Shown here piece by piece: positions 19,874-30,047 of a stretch of DNA of 64,000 nucleotides. The DNA is from Candidatus Melainabacteria bacterium 17Bon1m (GTDB taxonomy: Bacteria; Cyanobacteriota; Vampirovibrionia; Obscuribacterales; Obscuribacteraceae), in the NCBI GenBank assembly GCA_032128875.1, contig JAVLKG010000008.1, positions 96,001 through 160,000 on the forward strand, written 5' to 3'. A program made the position numbers and the translations under genes. Numbering within the stretch: position 1 is the first letter of the stretch; every line of letters begins with the position of its first letter. The notes under the pieces were generated by a model. The model was not told the DNA's origin and searched no databases. It saw nothing but the letters and a program-made list of their open reading frames with translations.

Positions 19874-19903
19874 AATTTAGGAGTTCGGTCGTGTATGTAC
19901 CAA
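19874..19903 (-). promoter_or_regulatory. Putative promoter TTGGTA-N18-TAAATT for the tldD operon
   Basis: Same -10 and spacer as the promoter at 1390-1419. Confidence 0.4.
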
Positions 19904-20107
19904 GTGTTGTGATTTCATTTGAATTCAAAAATACTAATAGGTAACCAATCTCATAAAGCGGTAAGGTTGGAACAGCACACAGGGAGCCAGTCGCCAAGCG
20001 ATCGCTAAAACCCTGCACAGAAGCGGTGTTTTCGTTAGTCGATAGCGCAGCTTTCGCAAAATCGCTCAAAAGAGCCCTCCATCAGACCCTCCGATTCACA
20101 TCAGCCT

Positions 20108-20292
20108 CATCCACTCCGAAAAATTCCGGTTTTTCGGAGTGGATGGAAAAGCGCCAAAACGCAGTATGCATCCACATCTCGCCACACAGCGGTTGTCAAC
20201 AGGCACACTTAGCGCGGATTGACGACACCCATTTTTAGCGGGTTTCGAGACTTTCATGCACTCCGAAAAACACCGAAATTTCGGAGTGCATG
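20108..20292. repeat. Two related 38-bp palindromes, 147 bp apart
   Basis: CATCCACTCCGAAAAA-ttccgg-TTTTTCGGAGTGGATG (20108-20145) and CATGCACTCCGAAA-N10-TTTCGGAGTGCATG (20255-20292). Confidence 0.9.
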
Positions 20293-20439
20293 GACGAGCC
20301 CCAAAATCGACTCCCATGCTCTATGCAAGAGGAGACGCCAGTCAGCGACTAAAAACGCTAGGCGCCACATGTGCATTGATGGGCGCGCTCCTTTTCGGAG
20401 CATGCCTACTCACAAAAGACAAAACTGAAAGCGAAGGCT

Positions 20440-21921
20440 CTAGTACGCCTTAGCAAAAATCGCTTTCTGCTTAGTCGCCTTGCCCGTGTAGAAGCACTTT
20501 CCTTCAGCATGGTTCTGATTGAAGGGAATGCAGCGCACGGTGGCTTTGGTCTCTTCTTTGATCTTGCCTTCGTCGTCGCTTGAGCCGGCGAAATAAGCCT
20601 CGAAGAAGCCGCCTTTCTTATCGACAAGCTTCTTGAACTCGTCATAAGAAGCCACTTCAGTGGTCATTTCTTTTCTGTAGGCAAGAGCGCGTTCAAAGAT
20701 TGCTTTTTGAACTTCAACGAGCAAGTTGTTAACGTAATCTGCGATGCCATCTTGGCTTACGTCGCGAACTTTGGTTCCATCGTGACGTTTCGCCACCTCG
20801 ACAACATTTTTCTCGCAGTCTTTAGGACCAATGTTGAGGCGAACAGGCACACCCTTTTGCTCCCAGTGATTGAACTTGAATCCAGGGGTGTGATTGTCTC
20901 TGTCGTCGAGTTTTACGCGCACTCCGGCATCTTTGAGAATGCCTTCGATCTTCTGGCAGCGCTCGATGACCAAAGTTTTTTCCGCATCTTGTTTGTAGAT
21001 AGGAACGATAACAACTTGAATCGGTGCGATTTTCGGAGGCAGAATCAAACCTTTGTCGTCGCCATGGCCGAGCACGAGCGCACCGACCAAACGAGTTGAA
21101 ACACCCCAGCTAGTCTGCCATGCGTGCTCCAATTGACCTTCTTGATTCTGGAATTGAATCTCGAAGGCCTTGGCAAAATTTTGTCCCAGGAAATGCGATG
21201 TCCCAGCCTGGAGAGCCTTTCCATCGCGCATCAAAGCTTCGATGCAATAGGTTTGAACAGCACCGGCAAAACGTTCGCGCTCGGTTTTCTCACCCGTCAA
21301 AACAGGCAAAGCCAGCCACTCTTCAGCAAGGACGCGGTAGACTTCCAGCATCTTTTTGGCTTCTTCTTGAGCTTCCTCAGAAGTTGCGTGCGCTGTGTGA
21401 CCTTCTTGCCAGAGGAATTCCATCGTGCGCAGGAAAAGGCGTGTACGCATTTCCCAGCGAACAACGTTTGCCCATTGATTGATCAAAAGCGGCAAATCAC
21501 GCCACGATTGGACCCACTGAGCAAACATATAGTTGATGATTGTTTCTGAAGTCGGGCGTACAATAAGCGGCTCTTCCAGCTTCTTTCCGCCGCCATGAGT
21601 GACGATTGCGCACTCTGGAGCAAAGCCTTCGACGTGCTCTTTTTCCTTGGTTAGGAACGATTCGGGAATGAACATCGGGAAGTAAGCGTTCTGGTGACCA
21701 GTGTCTTTAATCATTTTGTCCAGCGCGCGCTGAATGTTTTCCCAGAGAGCATAGCCATACGGTCTGATGACCATGCAGCCTTTCACCGGCGAGTAGTCGG
21801 CGAGTTCAGTCTGCTGAATGGTTTGCGTGTACCACTTAGCCTTGTCTGAGTCTTTGTCCTCATCGCCCAGAACATCTGCCGGATCGTTGTTCTTTTGCTC
21901 GATGTTCTCTTTTACTTCCAT
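20440..21921 (-). CDS. proS: Proline--tRNA ligase (archaeal/eukaryotic type, no editing insertion)
   Basis: RPTSET, QWANVVRWEMRTRLFLRTMEFLWQEGHT, QAGTSHFLGQNF, SWGVSTR, C-terminal FAKAY. Confidence 0.98.
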   Translation of the reverse strand: MEVKENIEQKNNDPADVLGDEDKDSDKAKWYTQTIQQTELADYSPVKGCMVIRPYGYALWENIQRALDKMIKDTGHQNAYFPMFIPESFLTKEKEHVEGFAPECAIVTHGGGKKLEEPLIVRPTSETIINYMFAQWVQSWRDLPLLINQWANVVRWEMRTRLFLRTMEFLWQEGHTAHATSEEAQEEAKKMLEVYRVLAEEWLALPVLTGEKTERERFAGAVQTYCIEALMRDGKALQAGTSHFLGQNFAKAFEIQFQNQEGQLEHAWQTSWGVSTRLVGALVLGHGDDKGLILPPKIAPIQVVIVPIYKQDAEKTLVIERCQKIEGILKDAGVRVKLDDRDNHTPGFKFNHWEQKGVPVRLNIGPKDCEKNVVEVAKRHDGTKVRDVSQDGIADYVNNLLVEVQKAIFERALAYRKEMTTEVASYDEFKKLVDKKGGFFEAYFAGSSDDEGKIKEETKATVRCIPFNQNHAEGKCFYTGKATKQKAIFAKAY

Positions 21922-22153
21922 GACTTGAATACTCCCAGGGAAAATGCACGAAATGCGCCGGAAATCGCACGAAATTCGAAAAGTGCAAAACAGTGCGACA
22001 TAGTACTAAAAGTACGAAGGGTTCAGTATATATCACGCGCGGGCGAGCAAAAGGCTCAACTGCGGCTAAAGCAATACTTTGTATACTGTTAGAGCTGAAT
22101 CAAAGTGGCTCATGCGAAGTCAACAACATCAGCCGTTTGAAAGGTCCCCTGTA

Positions 22154-23116
22154 ATGCAACTGACCGGCGAGCTGTCTAAGGTCTCACTGCCCAATCTTTT
22201 GCAGCTAGTGCGCAACGGTGCATTGACGGGGAAATTCGGCTTGCTGCAGGGCGCAAAAACTGCAACTGTGCTGATAGAAGACGGCTCAATCGTCCATGCG
22301 GAAGCTGACGCATTACTGGGAAGGGAAGCGCTTTTCGAGCTTTTCCTCTGGCTCTCCGGCACCTTTTCTTTTATCGAAATCGATTCCGTGGACGACCACG
22401 AACGCTCTATTAATCCTGAAGATCCAGAGGAAACCACTGACAAGCTCATTCGCGAAGGCCAACACTACGCGGAACAAAAGCGCTTTCTCGACCAACTTCG
22501 CATCTCCGGACAATCGGTCCTCAGCCCGGTAAGAGATGCGCGCCCGCCAAAAATGACAGATTCAGCACAGCAGTTGCTGGCAAATTTCGACGGCAGGCAG
22601 CCACTTAGCGCCATACTCGCGCGCCTCACGTTGACTCGCCGCCAACAAATCCAATCTCTCGCCACCTTGCTTTCCGAAGGTATTTGCGTCGTTGTAGAAC
22701 CGCAAGAGCTGGATAGCATGTCGCAGATTCAGCTGCCTGACTGGGTTATTGCAAGACTAAGACAAGACAATCCCGACATTGCTCAAGCGATTGTGGACAT
22801 GGTTGTCTGGAGCGATCGCGTCAAATGCTGGATGTATCAAGCCGATGCTGATTTTGAACGCATCAAAGGCTTGCTCGAAAAAAATCAAAAAACACGAATG
22901 ATTGAAGATGACTATTACAAAGGCGAGAGCGCGGAAAACATTGGAAACATGGGAACTTCAGGAAGTCCAGGAATTTCAGGAAGTTCAGGAAGCTCGGGAA
23001 GCTCTCTTAATGAGGATTTGAGCATTACACCTTTCGGTGAGGTAGCTCAACCTTCACAAACCAAAACCAGTGGTCGCAGTCAAGCGCGCCGCCCTTCAAA
23101 AGACGTCGAATTTTAG
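22154..23116 (+). CDS. DUF4388 (PatA-N-like) domain protein
   Basis: LTGELSKVSLPNLLQLV..TG..DGSIVHA..GREALFELFLWLSGTFSF. Confidence 0.85.
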   Translation: MQLTGELSKVSLPNLLQLVRNGALTGKFGLLQGAKTATVLIEDGSIVHAEADALLGREALFELFLWLSGTFSFIEIDSVDDHERSINPEDPEETTDKLIREGQHYAEQKRFLDQLRISGQSVLSPVRDARPPKMTDSAQQLLANFDGRQPLSAILARLTLTRRQQIQSLATLLSEGICVVVEPQELDSMSQIQLPDWVIARLRQDNPDIAQAIVDMVVWSDRVKCWMYQADADFERIKGLLEKNQKTRMIEDDYYKGESAENIGNMGTSGSPGISGSSGSSGSSLNEDLSITPFGEVAQPSQTKTSGRSQARRPSKDVEF

Positions 23117-23172
23117 TACGATGGATTCCTGCCGCCAGGCTCTATAGGGGCCGCATGGCGGCGACCCTACAA

Positions 23173-23976
23173 TTAGCCTTTCGGAGCGGCTTGTGCGAGG
23201 GTTCGCACTCTTTCTACGTCGACCGGATTTTCCACCAAACCCTGCCGCTTGAGCGACGATCCGACGATGACGCCGTCGGCAACTGAAAGAATTTCTTTGA
23301 CATTACCATTCGTGCAGCCGCTTCCACAAAACAATGGCGTATCTGGAAGTGCTTCACGCACAGCGTTAAAATCTGCCATGTCTGGTGCCGAACCGGTTGC
23401 CGTGCCGCTTACGATTAAACCGTCAGCCAAACCGCGCTTGACTGTATCTTTGGCGATGAGCTTGATATCCGCATCAGCAGTGAGCGGGCTGGCATGCTTC
23501 ACGAGCACGTCTGCCAGGATTTTGACGTCTTTGTTCGCCATCAATTGACGGCGATAAAGGTGCAAAGCATGGGCGTCTCCTTCGATAATCCCTTGATCTG
23601 TGACCATTGCCCCCGAAAGCACATTGACTCGAATGAACTTCGCACCAGTCGTGGCGGCCACAGCCAGAGCAGTCAGTCCATCGTTGCGCAATACGTTGAC
23701 GCCGACAGGCAAATCGCTGATCGCCATAACGCGTTTCACTACAAGAGCCATCGCACAAGCTGTGGCAGTATCGACTTTTCCCTTGGTAAAAGGCGCGTCA
23801 AAAAAGTTTTCCACGATAATCGCATTGACACCACCGGTGGTGAGTGCGGCCGCTTCCTGTTCAGCGCGAAGCATTACTTGTTCTAGATGACCATCGAAGC
23901 GCGATGAGCCCGGCAAGGGCATCAAATGAATTACACCAATTATTGGCTTGGTTGTGCCGAAAAGCTCATCGAGCAT
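23173..23976 (-). CDS. btpA: BtpA/SgcQ-family protein
   Basis: IGVIHLMPLPGS, VENFFDAPF, GVNVLRND, FIRVN, ADVLVKHA, IVSGTATG. Confidence 0.92.
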   Translation of the reverse strand: MLDELFGTTKPIIGVIHLMPLPGSSRFDGHLEQVMLRAEQEAAALTTGGVNAIIVENFFDAPFTKGKVDTATACAMALVVKRVMAISDLPVGVNVLRNDGLTALAVAATTGAKFIRVNVLSGAMVTDQGIIEGDAHALHLYRRQLMANKDVKILADVLVKHASPLTADADIKLIAKDTVKRGLADGLIVSGTATGSAPDMADFNAVREALPDTPLFCGSGCTNGNVKEILSVADGVIVGSSLKRQGLVENPVDVERVRTLAQAAPKG

Positions 23977-24776
23977 GTTTAGTCCCCGGTTTGTATGAAC
24001 AGCTGAATGCATCACTGAATAGATTCCTGAGTTACTGACGAGAAATGCTGACGAGAAAAACTAACCAGATTCCTCAACTACTAAATTGGATTTGCCTACT
24101 TTAACAGGTGCGTTTTTCGAGCTTGGAAAGATCTCTTTTCAACCACAAATTGACAGCAAAAGCACAAATACCAAAAGCCTCAAAAACCGGGATGTCATTA
24201 GATCGGCAAGCCCGCAGAAGAAGCATCAGACGCTCTTTCCAGAACCATAGCGCTAGCGCGTTTGATTGTAACTACTGGACCGCCTCAACCCACAATTCCC
24301 ACAACTACTTGAAATCCAGCATCTTAAGCAGAGCTCAAGAGTCTCAAAGCGAGAAGTTACGCGCGCGGTGCAAAGTGTTTCATATGCGAACTTCGCTAAG
24401 TGTATGTCGCCCAAAACCTATGCCAGTCGTGCGTTTTGAGCAAATTATTGACATCCGTTTTTGAGCACTACTTTTTAGAAATCCGCATCGAATGGCAGCT
24501 TCGAGCTTCTGACAACCTTGGCTTATAAGGAGCTTTCTGCAGAGTGCTCTGAAGATGTTTCCACTCTTAAAAGCTATGAAGCCGCGCGTTCTTGAACAGC
24601 ACATAGCTCTTTTTCTACTTTTGACTCCTGCCCTTCCTTCCAACACCTGTGAGACCCTAGACAACCCGAGCAACTGCTCCACCCCCTTGTGAGTCACCCC
24701 TGGAAATTCGCCATCCGCGCGAACTTCCTACTCACCGTCTAGGCTCGCTTGAATTCAGAAGCAACTCACTTCGTGA

Positions 24777-25130
24777 ATTGCTTCTTTAGGTCACCACCCC
24801 CGCCATTTCGTGCTGCCAAATTTACGCGCGAATTCTTCCAGTCTCGAATTTCGGAAGGCAGAGAGACTGTTACTTGCCACGCTTGTCGCCAGGTCCTTTT
24901 TCGGCTGTTGTTTGCAGTCGACGGTGACACGTAGCTGGGTGGGAAATGGCGCTGTTCCGGCACGAACAGTTCCTATCGGGGCGTTCTCCATGGTGGAAGC
25001 GCCGTTCTTAACCAGCACTGCCGGTGGTGCCGCTCTTCGGTGGACGGACATTCATGTCGTCCGCGAGGAGTAGCACAGCGTTCCAAACACCGGTAGCTGC
25101 AAACCTCATCATGAAAGAGGAGCAATAAAA
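24777..25130 (+). ncRNA. Structured 5' leader of the orphan-ftsH-rseP operon
   Basis: Stems CGCCATTTC/GAAATGGCG, CAGTCTC/GAGACTG, CTGCCGGTG/CACCGGTAG; 11-bp anti-SD pairing. Confidence 0.5.
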
Positions 25131-25703
25131 ATGGAAATCAACAACATCCAGAAGCTGAAAGGCTTCACCATCAGGGCTTTGAAGTGCTACATCAAGGCTC
25201 TCGAACTCGGCGAAGGCGTGCGTGTCTCTCAGCGTGCGTTCCGTTACGAGTTGTCCGCCGACGGTCTCACTGCCCGCGTCATCCGCACTGCGGACGGCAG
25301 CGAAGTCGAAGGCACCAAGCGTACGATCGAAGAGTGGGCCAAGGTCGGCAAGCCGGCTCGGCTCGGACTCATCGGTCTCAAGGCGAAGAAGCGTGATCTG
25401 CGTGAGCAGGGCGCCCGGGTGATGTTCGACCTGAACGTCATCACCGGAGAAGCCGGTCTCACCCGTGACGGCGAGCGCATCAGCAAGTTGCCCGTGTCGG
25501 GCAGCGACGAGCTGATGGACGCTCCCACGACCATCGAAGGCTGGGCCGAGCTCGGTCGCTCCGTCGAGAAGCCGCTTTTCGAGCAGCTCAAGGCTGCCCG
25601 TGAGTGGGGGATCAAGGACGCCGAACAGAAGGTCTGGGACGAAATGGTCGAGCTGGGCATCGTTCGCGAAAAGAACGAAGCCGGCGACTCCGTCCAGGCG
25701 TAA
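25131..25703 (+). CDS. Hypothetical protein with an internal duplication
   Basis: GAGGAG RBS; TIEEWAKVGK and TIEGWAELGR halves. Confidence 0.8.
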   Translation: MEINNIQKLKGFTIRALKCYIKALELGEGVRVSQRAFRYELSADGLTARVIRTADGSEVEGTKRTIEEWAKVGKPARLGLIGLKAKKRDLREQGARVMFDLNVITGEAGLTRDGERISKLPVSGSDELMDAPTTIEGWAELGRSVEKPLFEQLKAAREWGIKDAEQKVWDEMVELGIVREKNEAGDSVQA

Positions 25704-25927
25704 GTCATCACCAGTCCGCTCCCAAGCTGGATAGATCTGTAGTCCGCACAGAACTCACTTAGACGCCGCCTGCAAGCGGTTTCGCGCAGGAGTTTTGTGC
25801 ATGCCGAACCGCGCCGCCAGACGACCTTTTCGAGGTTGCCCTGGATCGCGGACAGAGTCCCAGTTCTAAGAGCCCCACAGTTTGCAGGAACCGCGAGTGT
25901 TTCTGCTCAACAATAACGAGGCTACCT

Positions 25928-28096
25928 ATGGACAAAAAGTCCTTCAAGTGGTTCGGGTGGATTGCCTTTGGATTGCTGCTCGTGTTTGCATTCACATCGT
26001 TGAACAACAACGGTGCGAACTCGCAGAACGGTCAGGCCAATCCGGCGACCCCCACGACCATCACGTTTTCCGATGCTCAGACGACGATTCGCGACAGCGC
26101 GTCGACGATCAAGAGCGTCACCCTCCTCAAGTCTCCGCAGGGGACTGTGCGGGAGGCCATCATCGAGCGTACCGACGGCAGCCGCCAGCAGGTGGTTGTC
26201 CCCGGTGAAGCCGGCGCCGAACGCCTGCTGACCGCGCTCAGCGATTCCAAAGTCACGCACGTTGCCGAAGAGCCGAAGGAGGCTTCCGGTTGGTCCGCAT
26301 TCGGCGGAACGCTGCTCAGCATCGGCATGATGATTCTGCCTCTCATCTTCATCTTCTGGCTGTTCAGCCGGATGCAGGGTGGCGGGGGCATTCAGCGCCA
26401 GATCGGGCAGTCGGGTGCCAAGAAGATCGAGCCTTCGACCGACTCCAAGACGTTTGCTGACGTCGCTGGTGCGGAAGAGGCGAAGCGGGAGTTGATGGAA
26501 ATCGTCGACTTCCTGCGCGATCCTTCCGAGCTGCGCGAAATCGGTGGCAAGCCGCCCAAGGGCGTGCTGCTCATCGGTGACCCCGGCAACGGCAAGACGC
26601 TGATCGCCAAGGCAGTCGCGGGTGAAGCGAAGGTTCCGTTCTTCGCCATCTCCGGCTCGCAGTTCGTCGAGATGTTCGTCGGCGTGGGTGCGTCCCGCGT
26701 GCGCGAATTCTTCGACACTGCCCGCAAGCATTCGCCTGCGGTTCTCTTCATCGACGAAATCGACGCGGTCGGTCGCCAGCGCGGCTCCGGCGTCGGTGGC
26801 GGCAACGACGAGCGCGAACAGACGCTCAACCAGCTGCTGGTCGAGATGGACGGCTTCACGCCGAACACCTCGCTGGTGGTCATCGCTGCCACGAACCGTC
26901 CGGACGTCCTCGACCCCGCGCTTCTGCGTCCGGGCCGTTTCGACCTCCAGGTGCTTGTGGATCACCCCGACGTTGTCGGGCGTGAAGAGATCATCAAGAT
27001 CCACGTCCGCAAGAAGAAGGTCGGCAAGGACTTCTCCGCGAAGGTGCTGGCTGAGCTCACTCCGGGCTTCTCCGGCGCTCAGCTGGAAGGTCTGACCGAC
27101 CAGGGCGCGCTCGTTGCTCTGCGCCGCATCCGTGCGCTCCGCAAGGAAGCGCGCAAGGGCGGCATGAGCGAAGGCGAAGTGAAGAAGAACTTCCCGTTCG
27201 AAGTCAGCATGGCGGACTTTGCCGAAGGCATCGACCGCGTGCAGATGGGTCCGGCGAAGGAAGGTCGCGCTGCCCGCATGTCCGAGAAGGACATGAAGAA
27301 CACCGCTTACCACGAAGTCGGCCACGCCTGGATTTCCCAGGTCATGCACGACCTCGACAAGGGCGGTGATCCGGTCGCGAAGATCACGATCGTGCCGCGT
27401 GCTCGCGCGCTGGGTTACACGCAGTCGCTCCCGAAGGGCGACCGCTACAACTACACGCGTGACGAGCTGCTGGCTCGCATCATGATGGCGATGGGTGGTC
27501 GCGTTGCTCAGGAGATCTTCCTGAACACCGTCGACACCGGCGCTCAGAACGACTTCGTCCAGGCGAAGAACATCGCCTTCCGCATGGTCACCGAGTTCGG
27601 CATGTCCGACCTCGGCCCGATCTCCGTCTCTGAAGGCGGGCAGTCTCCGTTCCTCGGTCGCCAGATGGCGATGGGTTCGGATGCCGGTCCCGAGCTGAAG
27701 AACAAGATCGACGCGGAGTGGGTGAAGATCGTGAACGAGTGCTACCGCGCCACGCACGAGATCATCGGCCGTGACAAGGAGGCGTTCATCCGCGTCTCCG
27801 AAGCGCTGCTCAAGAAGGAGACGCTGCTCGGCGACGAGTGGCTGGCTCTGTACAAGGGCTCGGAATGCGCCACTTGCGGTGAGGAAGTCGTCGAGAAGGC
27901 GATGGAGCACTGCGTGACCGGCGACTGCACCGACCCGATCGCTCCCGCGAAGGCTCAGCCGGCTGCGGAAGTGGTTGTGGCGAAGCCGGAAGGCGATGCT
28001 GCCGTTGCGAAGCCGGAAGGCGACGCCGCTGCTGCGAAGCCGGAAGGTGACGCTGCTGCTGCCAAGCCGGAAGGCGACGGTAGCGAGAGCAAGTAA
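25928..28096 (+). CDS. ftsH: ATP-dependent zinc metalloprotease FtsH
   Basis: 2 TM, Walker A GDPGNGKT, Walker [35 protein letters not shown]. Confidence 0.97.
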   Translation: MDKKSFKWFGWIAFGLLLVFAFTSLNNNGANSQNGQANPATPTTITFSDAQTTIRDSASTIKSVTLLKSPQGTVREAIIERTDGSRQQVVVPGEAGAERLLTALSDSKVTHVAEEPKEASGWSAFGGTLLSIGMMILPLIFIFWLFSRMQGGGGIQRQIGQSGAKKIEPSTDSKTFADVAGAEEAKRELMEIVDFLRDPSELREIGGKPPKGVLLIGDPGNGKTLIAKAVAGEAKVPFFAISGSQFVEMFVGVGASRVREFFDTARKHSPAVLFIDEIDAVGRQRGSGVGGGNDEREQTLNQLLVEMDGFTPNTSLVVIAATNRPDVLDPALLRPGRFDLQVLVDHPDVVGREEIIKIHVRKKKVGKDFSAKVLAELTPGFSGAQLEGLTDQGALVALRRIRALRKEARKGGMSEGEVKKNFPFEVSMADFAEGIDRVQMGPAKEGRAARMSEKDMKNTAYHEVGHAWISQVMHDLDKGGDPVAKITIVPRARALGYTQSLPKGDRYNYTRDELLARIMMAMGGRVAQEIFLNTVDTGAQNDFVQAKNIAFRMVTEFGMSDLGPISVSEGGQSPFLGRQMAMGSDAGPELKNKIDAEWVKIVNECYRATHEIIGRDKEAFIRVSEALLKKETLLGDEWLALYKGSECATCGEEVVEKAMEHCVTGDCTDPIAPAKAQPAAEVVVAKPEGDAAVAKPEGDAAAAKPEGDAAAAKPEGDGSESK
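27980..28080 (+). repeat. 27-nt coding tandem repeat (AKPEGDAA[A/V]) x approx. 4 in the FtsH tail
   Basis: GC(G/C)AAGCCGGAAGG(C/T)GA repeated with period 27. Confidence 0.9.
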
Positions 28097-28518
28097 GTGC
28101 CTCGTAGGGGGTGACCTAGTGTTGCCCCCGCGCCAGGCGCTTATGCGCGACACACTCAGGTAGGGCTGGGCACCACATTCGGTGATCAGTCCTTCCTGCC
28201 CGACGGCTCACAAAGCCGTTCGGGCAAAACGCAGCGGGAGTCAAAGCCCGGGCTGTGGCCGCTTGAGATAAGCAATCTCATAAACCGCGATGCTCGCATT
28301 GCGGAAGCCGACGGTAAGAAATCGGCGAACAACAATCTGTGGAACCCTGCAATTTGCGCAGGTTCCTCATGTCCTCACGCCTGCTCCGGCAGCCGTGGTT
28401 GCAACTCTCAACGGGAGCATTCCCGAACCAATTACGGTGGTTTTCACCGGCTGCTTGGCGCACACAGAGTGCCTTGCAGGAAATGAAGCGCTGACGCGCT
28501 TTTTTGGAGTAACTAAAC

Positions 28519-29658
28519 ATGACCGACATCATGTCCATGGTCACAGCCGGCTTCAACATCGGTGGCATTGCCGCGATGATTGCGGGTCTGGCTGTGCTCA
28601 TCATCGTTCATGAATTTGGGCACTGGCTCGCAGCTCAGATGCTCGGGTTCAAGACGCCCATCTTCAGCATCGGTTTCGGCAAGCCGTTCTTCGTCCTCGG
28701 ACGCTGGCGCGACACCGAGTTCCGCATCACACCCTGGCTGCTCGGCGGCTATGTGGCTCTGCCCGAAATGGGCGACGAGTCCAGCGCCAAGGAGTTCATG
28801 AAGGCCAACGGTCTGGAAACGCAAGGCTTCGTCTACCAGCGCAAAGCCATTTGGCGGCGCGCTATCGTAGCGGTCGCCGGCGTGACCATGAACATCCTGC
28901 TCGCGGTCGTCCTCTTGTTCGGCATGTTTGCCACCAAGGGCGTTCCGACGCAGGAAGCCGTTCCCAACACCGTCGTCATCTACAATGTCGACGCCAACAA
29001 CACGACCATCGCTCGCGACGCCGGCCTTCAGGGCGGCGACCGCGTCGTCACCATCGGCGGTCACAACGTGACTACCGTCGACGACGTGCGCAACAACCTG
29101 GCTTCGCATCCGTCGCAGCCGGTCGTTGTCGTAATCGAGCGCAATGGTCAGAACGTCACCGTCACGCTCACCCCGACTTCCGAAGGGAAAATCGGCGTGG
29201 CCATGGGTCCGCAGATCCGCAACACCTACAAGGAAGTGTCCGTCGGCGAGGCTGCGAAGCTCTCGGTTGTCGGCACCTACAACGGTGTGACGGGCATTCT
29301 GCATGGGCTCGGCATGATGGTCGGCATCGTCGAGAAGCCGGCCAATCTGCCTGACGGCGCCACTGACGTTCATGCCATCGTCGGCATCGTCAGCTACGGC
29401 GCGGACATGTTCGCACAGGGCTTTGCGCCCTTCGTCATGTTCCTCGTCATGATCAGCCTCAACCTGGCCGTGTTCAACCTGCTGCCCATCCCCATCTTGG
29501 ACGGTGGTCACCTGGTGTTCCTGGCACTCGAGAAGGTGCGCGGCAGGCCGCTGTCTCCTCAGACGCAGGGGCTGCTGTACCAGATCTTCTTCTTCCTGTT
29601 CATGGCCCTGCTCGCCTTCGGCTTGTGGAACGACTTCACGAAGCCCATCGGCAAGTAA
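28519..29658 (+). CDS. rseP: RseP-like M50 intramembrane metalloprotease with PDZ
   Basis: HEFGH, FSIGFG, LGGYV, AGLQGGD PDZ, NLLPIPILDGG. Confidence 0.95.
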   Translation: MTDIMSMVTAGFNIGGIAAMIAGLAVLIIVHEFGHWLAAQMLGFKTPIFSIGFGKPFFVLGRWRDTEFRITPWLLGGYVALPEMGDESSAKEFMKANGLETQGFVYQRKAIWRRAIVAVAGVTMNILLAVVLLFGMFATKGVPTQEAVPNTVVIYNVDANNTTIARDAGLQGGDRVVTIGGHNVTTVDDVRNNLASHPSQPVVVVIERNGQNVTVTLTPTSEGKIGVAMGPQIRNTYKEVSVGEAAKLSVVGTYNGVTGILHGLGMMVGIVEKPANLPDGATDVHAIVGIVSYGADMFAQGFAPFVMFLVMISLNLAVFNLLPIPILDGGHLVFLALEKVRGRPLSPQTQGLLYQIFFFLFMALLAFGLWNDFTKPIGK

Positions 29659-29807
29659 CGCCAAGACGGAAAGCAGTCCGCTCTGGTCGTCCGTGAGCAA
29701 CGCAAACGCTGCCCGTAAAAAGGCGGCGTTTGCGTTCTCAAACTTAACCGCGGTGTAAATGCCGCACTACATGCGCTGCGAAAAACGACAGCGCAGTGGG
29801 GAATACC

Positions 29808-30047
29808 ATGCAAGAATTTCTGCATGCCAGTTGGCCTGTTCTGGCGATAATTTTCGTCCTCTCGGCATCGATTACGATGTTCTCCAAGCAGATCGCGGAC
29901 TTCCTGTTCGCTCCGAAACCGGGTGGTCATCCGCTCGTTCAGGTGTTCAAGCTCATGGCTTACATGATGACTTGGATCTTCTTGCCCATCGCAACTGCGG
30001 TGGTCGCCTTGATGAGCCTCATCGCTCTCATTGGCGCCTTTGCATAG
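29808..30047 (+). CDS. Small 2-TM membrane protein
   Basis: GGGGAA RBS; two hydrophobic helices. Confidence 0.65.
   Translation: MQEFLHASWPVLAIIFVLSASITMFSKQIADFLFAPKPGGHPLVQVFKLMAYMMTWIFLPIATAVVALMSLIALIGAFA

Noticed and set aside
20108-20292. Palindrome pair as CRISPR repeats or attC sites
   Set aside because: Only two non-identical units with a 109-nt gap, no cas gene, and no RYYYAAC/GTTRRRY boxes or integrase.
21922-22153. T-box upstream of proS
   Set aside because: No T-box consensus or antiterminator; only a short GCACGAAAT direct repeat of uncertain meaning.
24035-24058. 11-bp direct repeat CTGACGAGAAA upstream of btpA
   Set aside because: Only two copies and not seen elsewhere; cannot be distinguished from slippage.
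25922-29700. Long minus-strand ORFs (743 aa, 395 aa)
   Set aside because: Antisense shadows of ftsH and rseP caused by absence of TTA/CTA/TCA codons.
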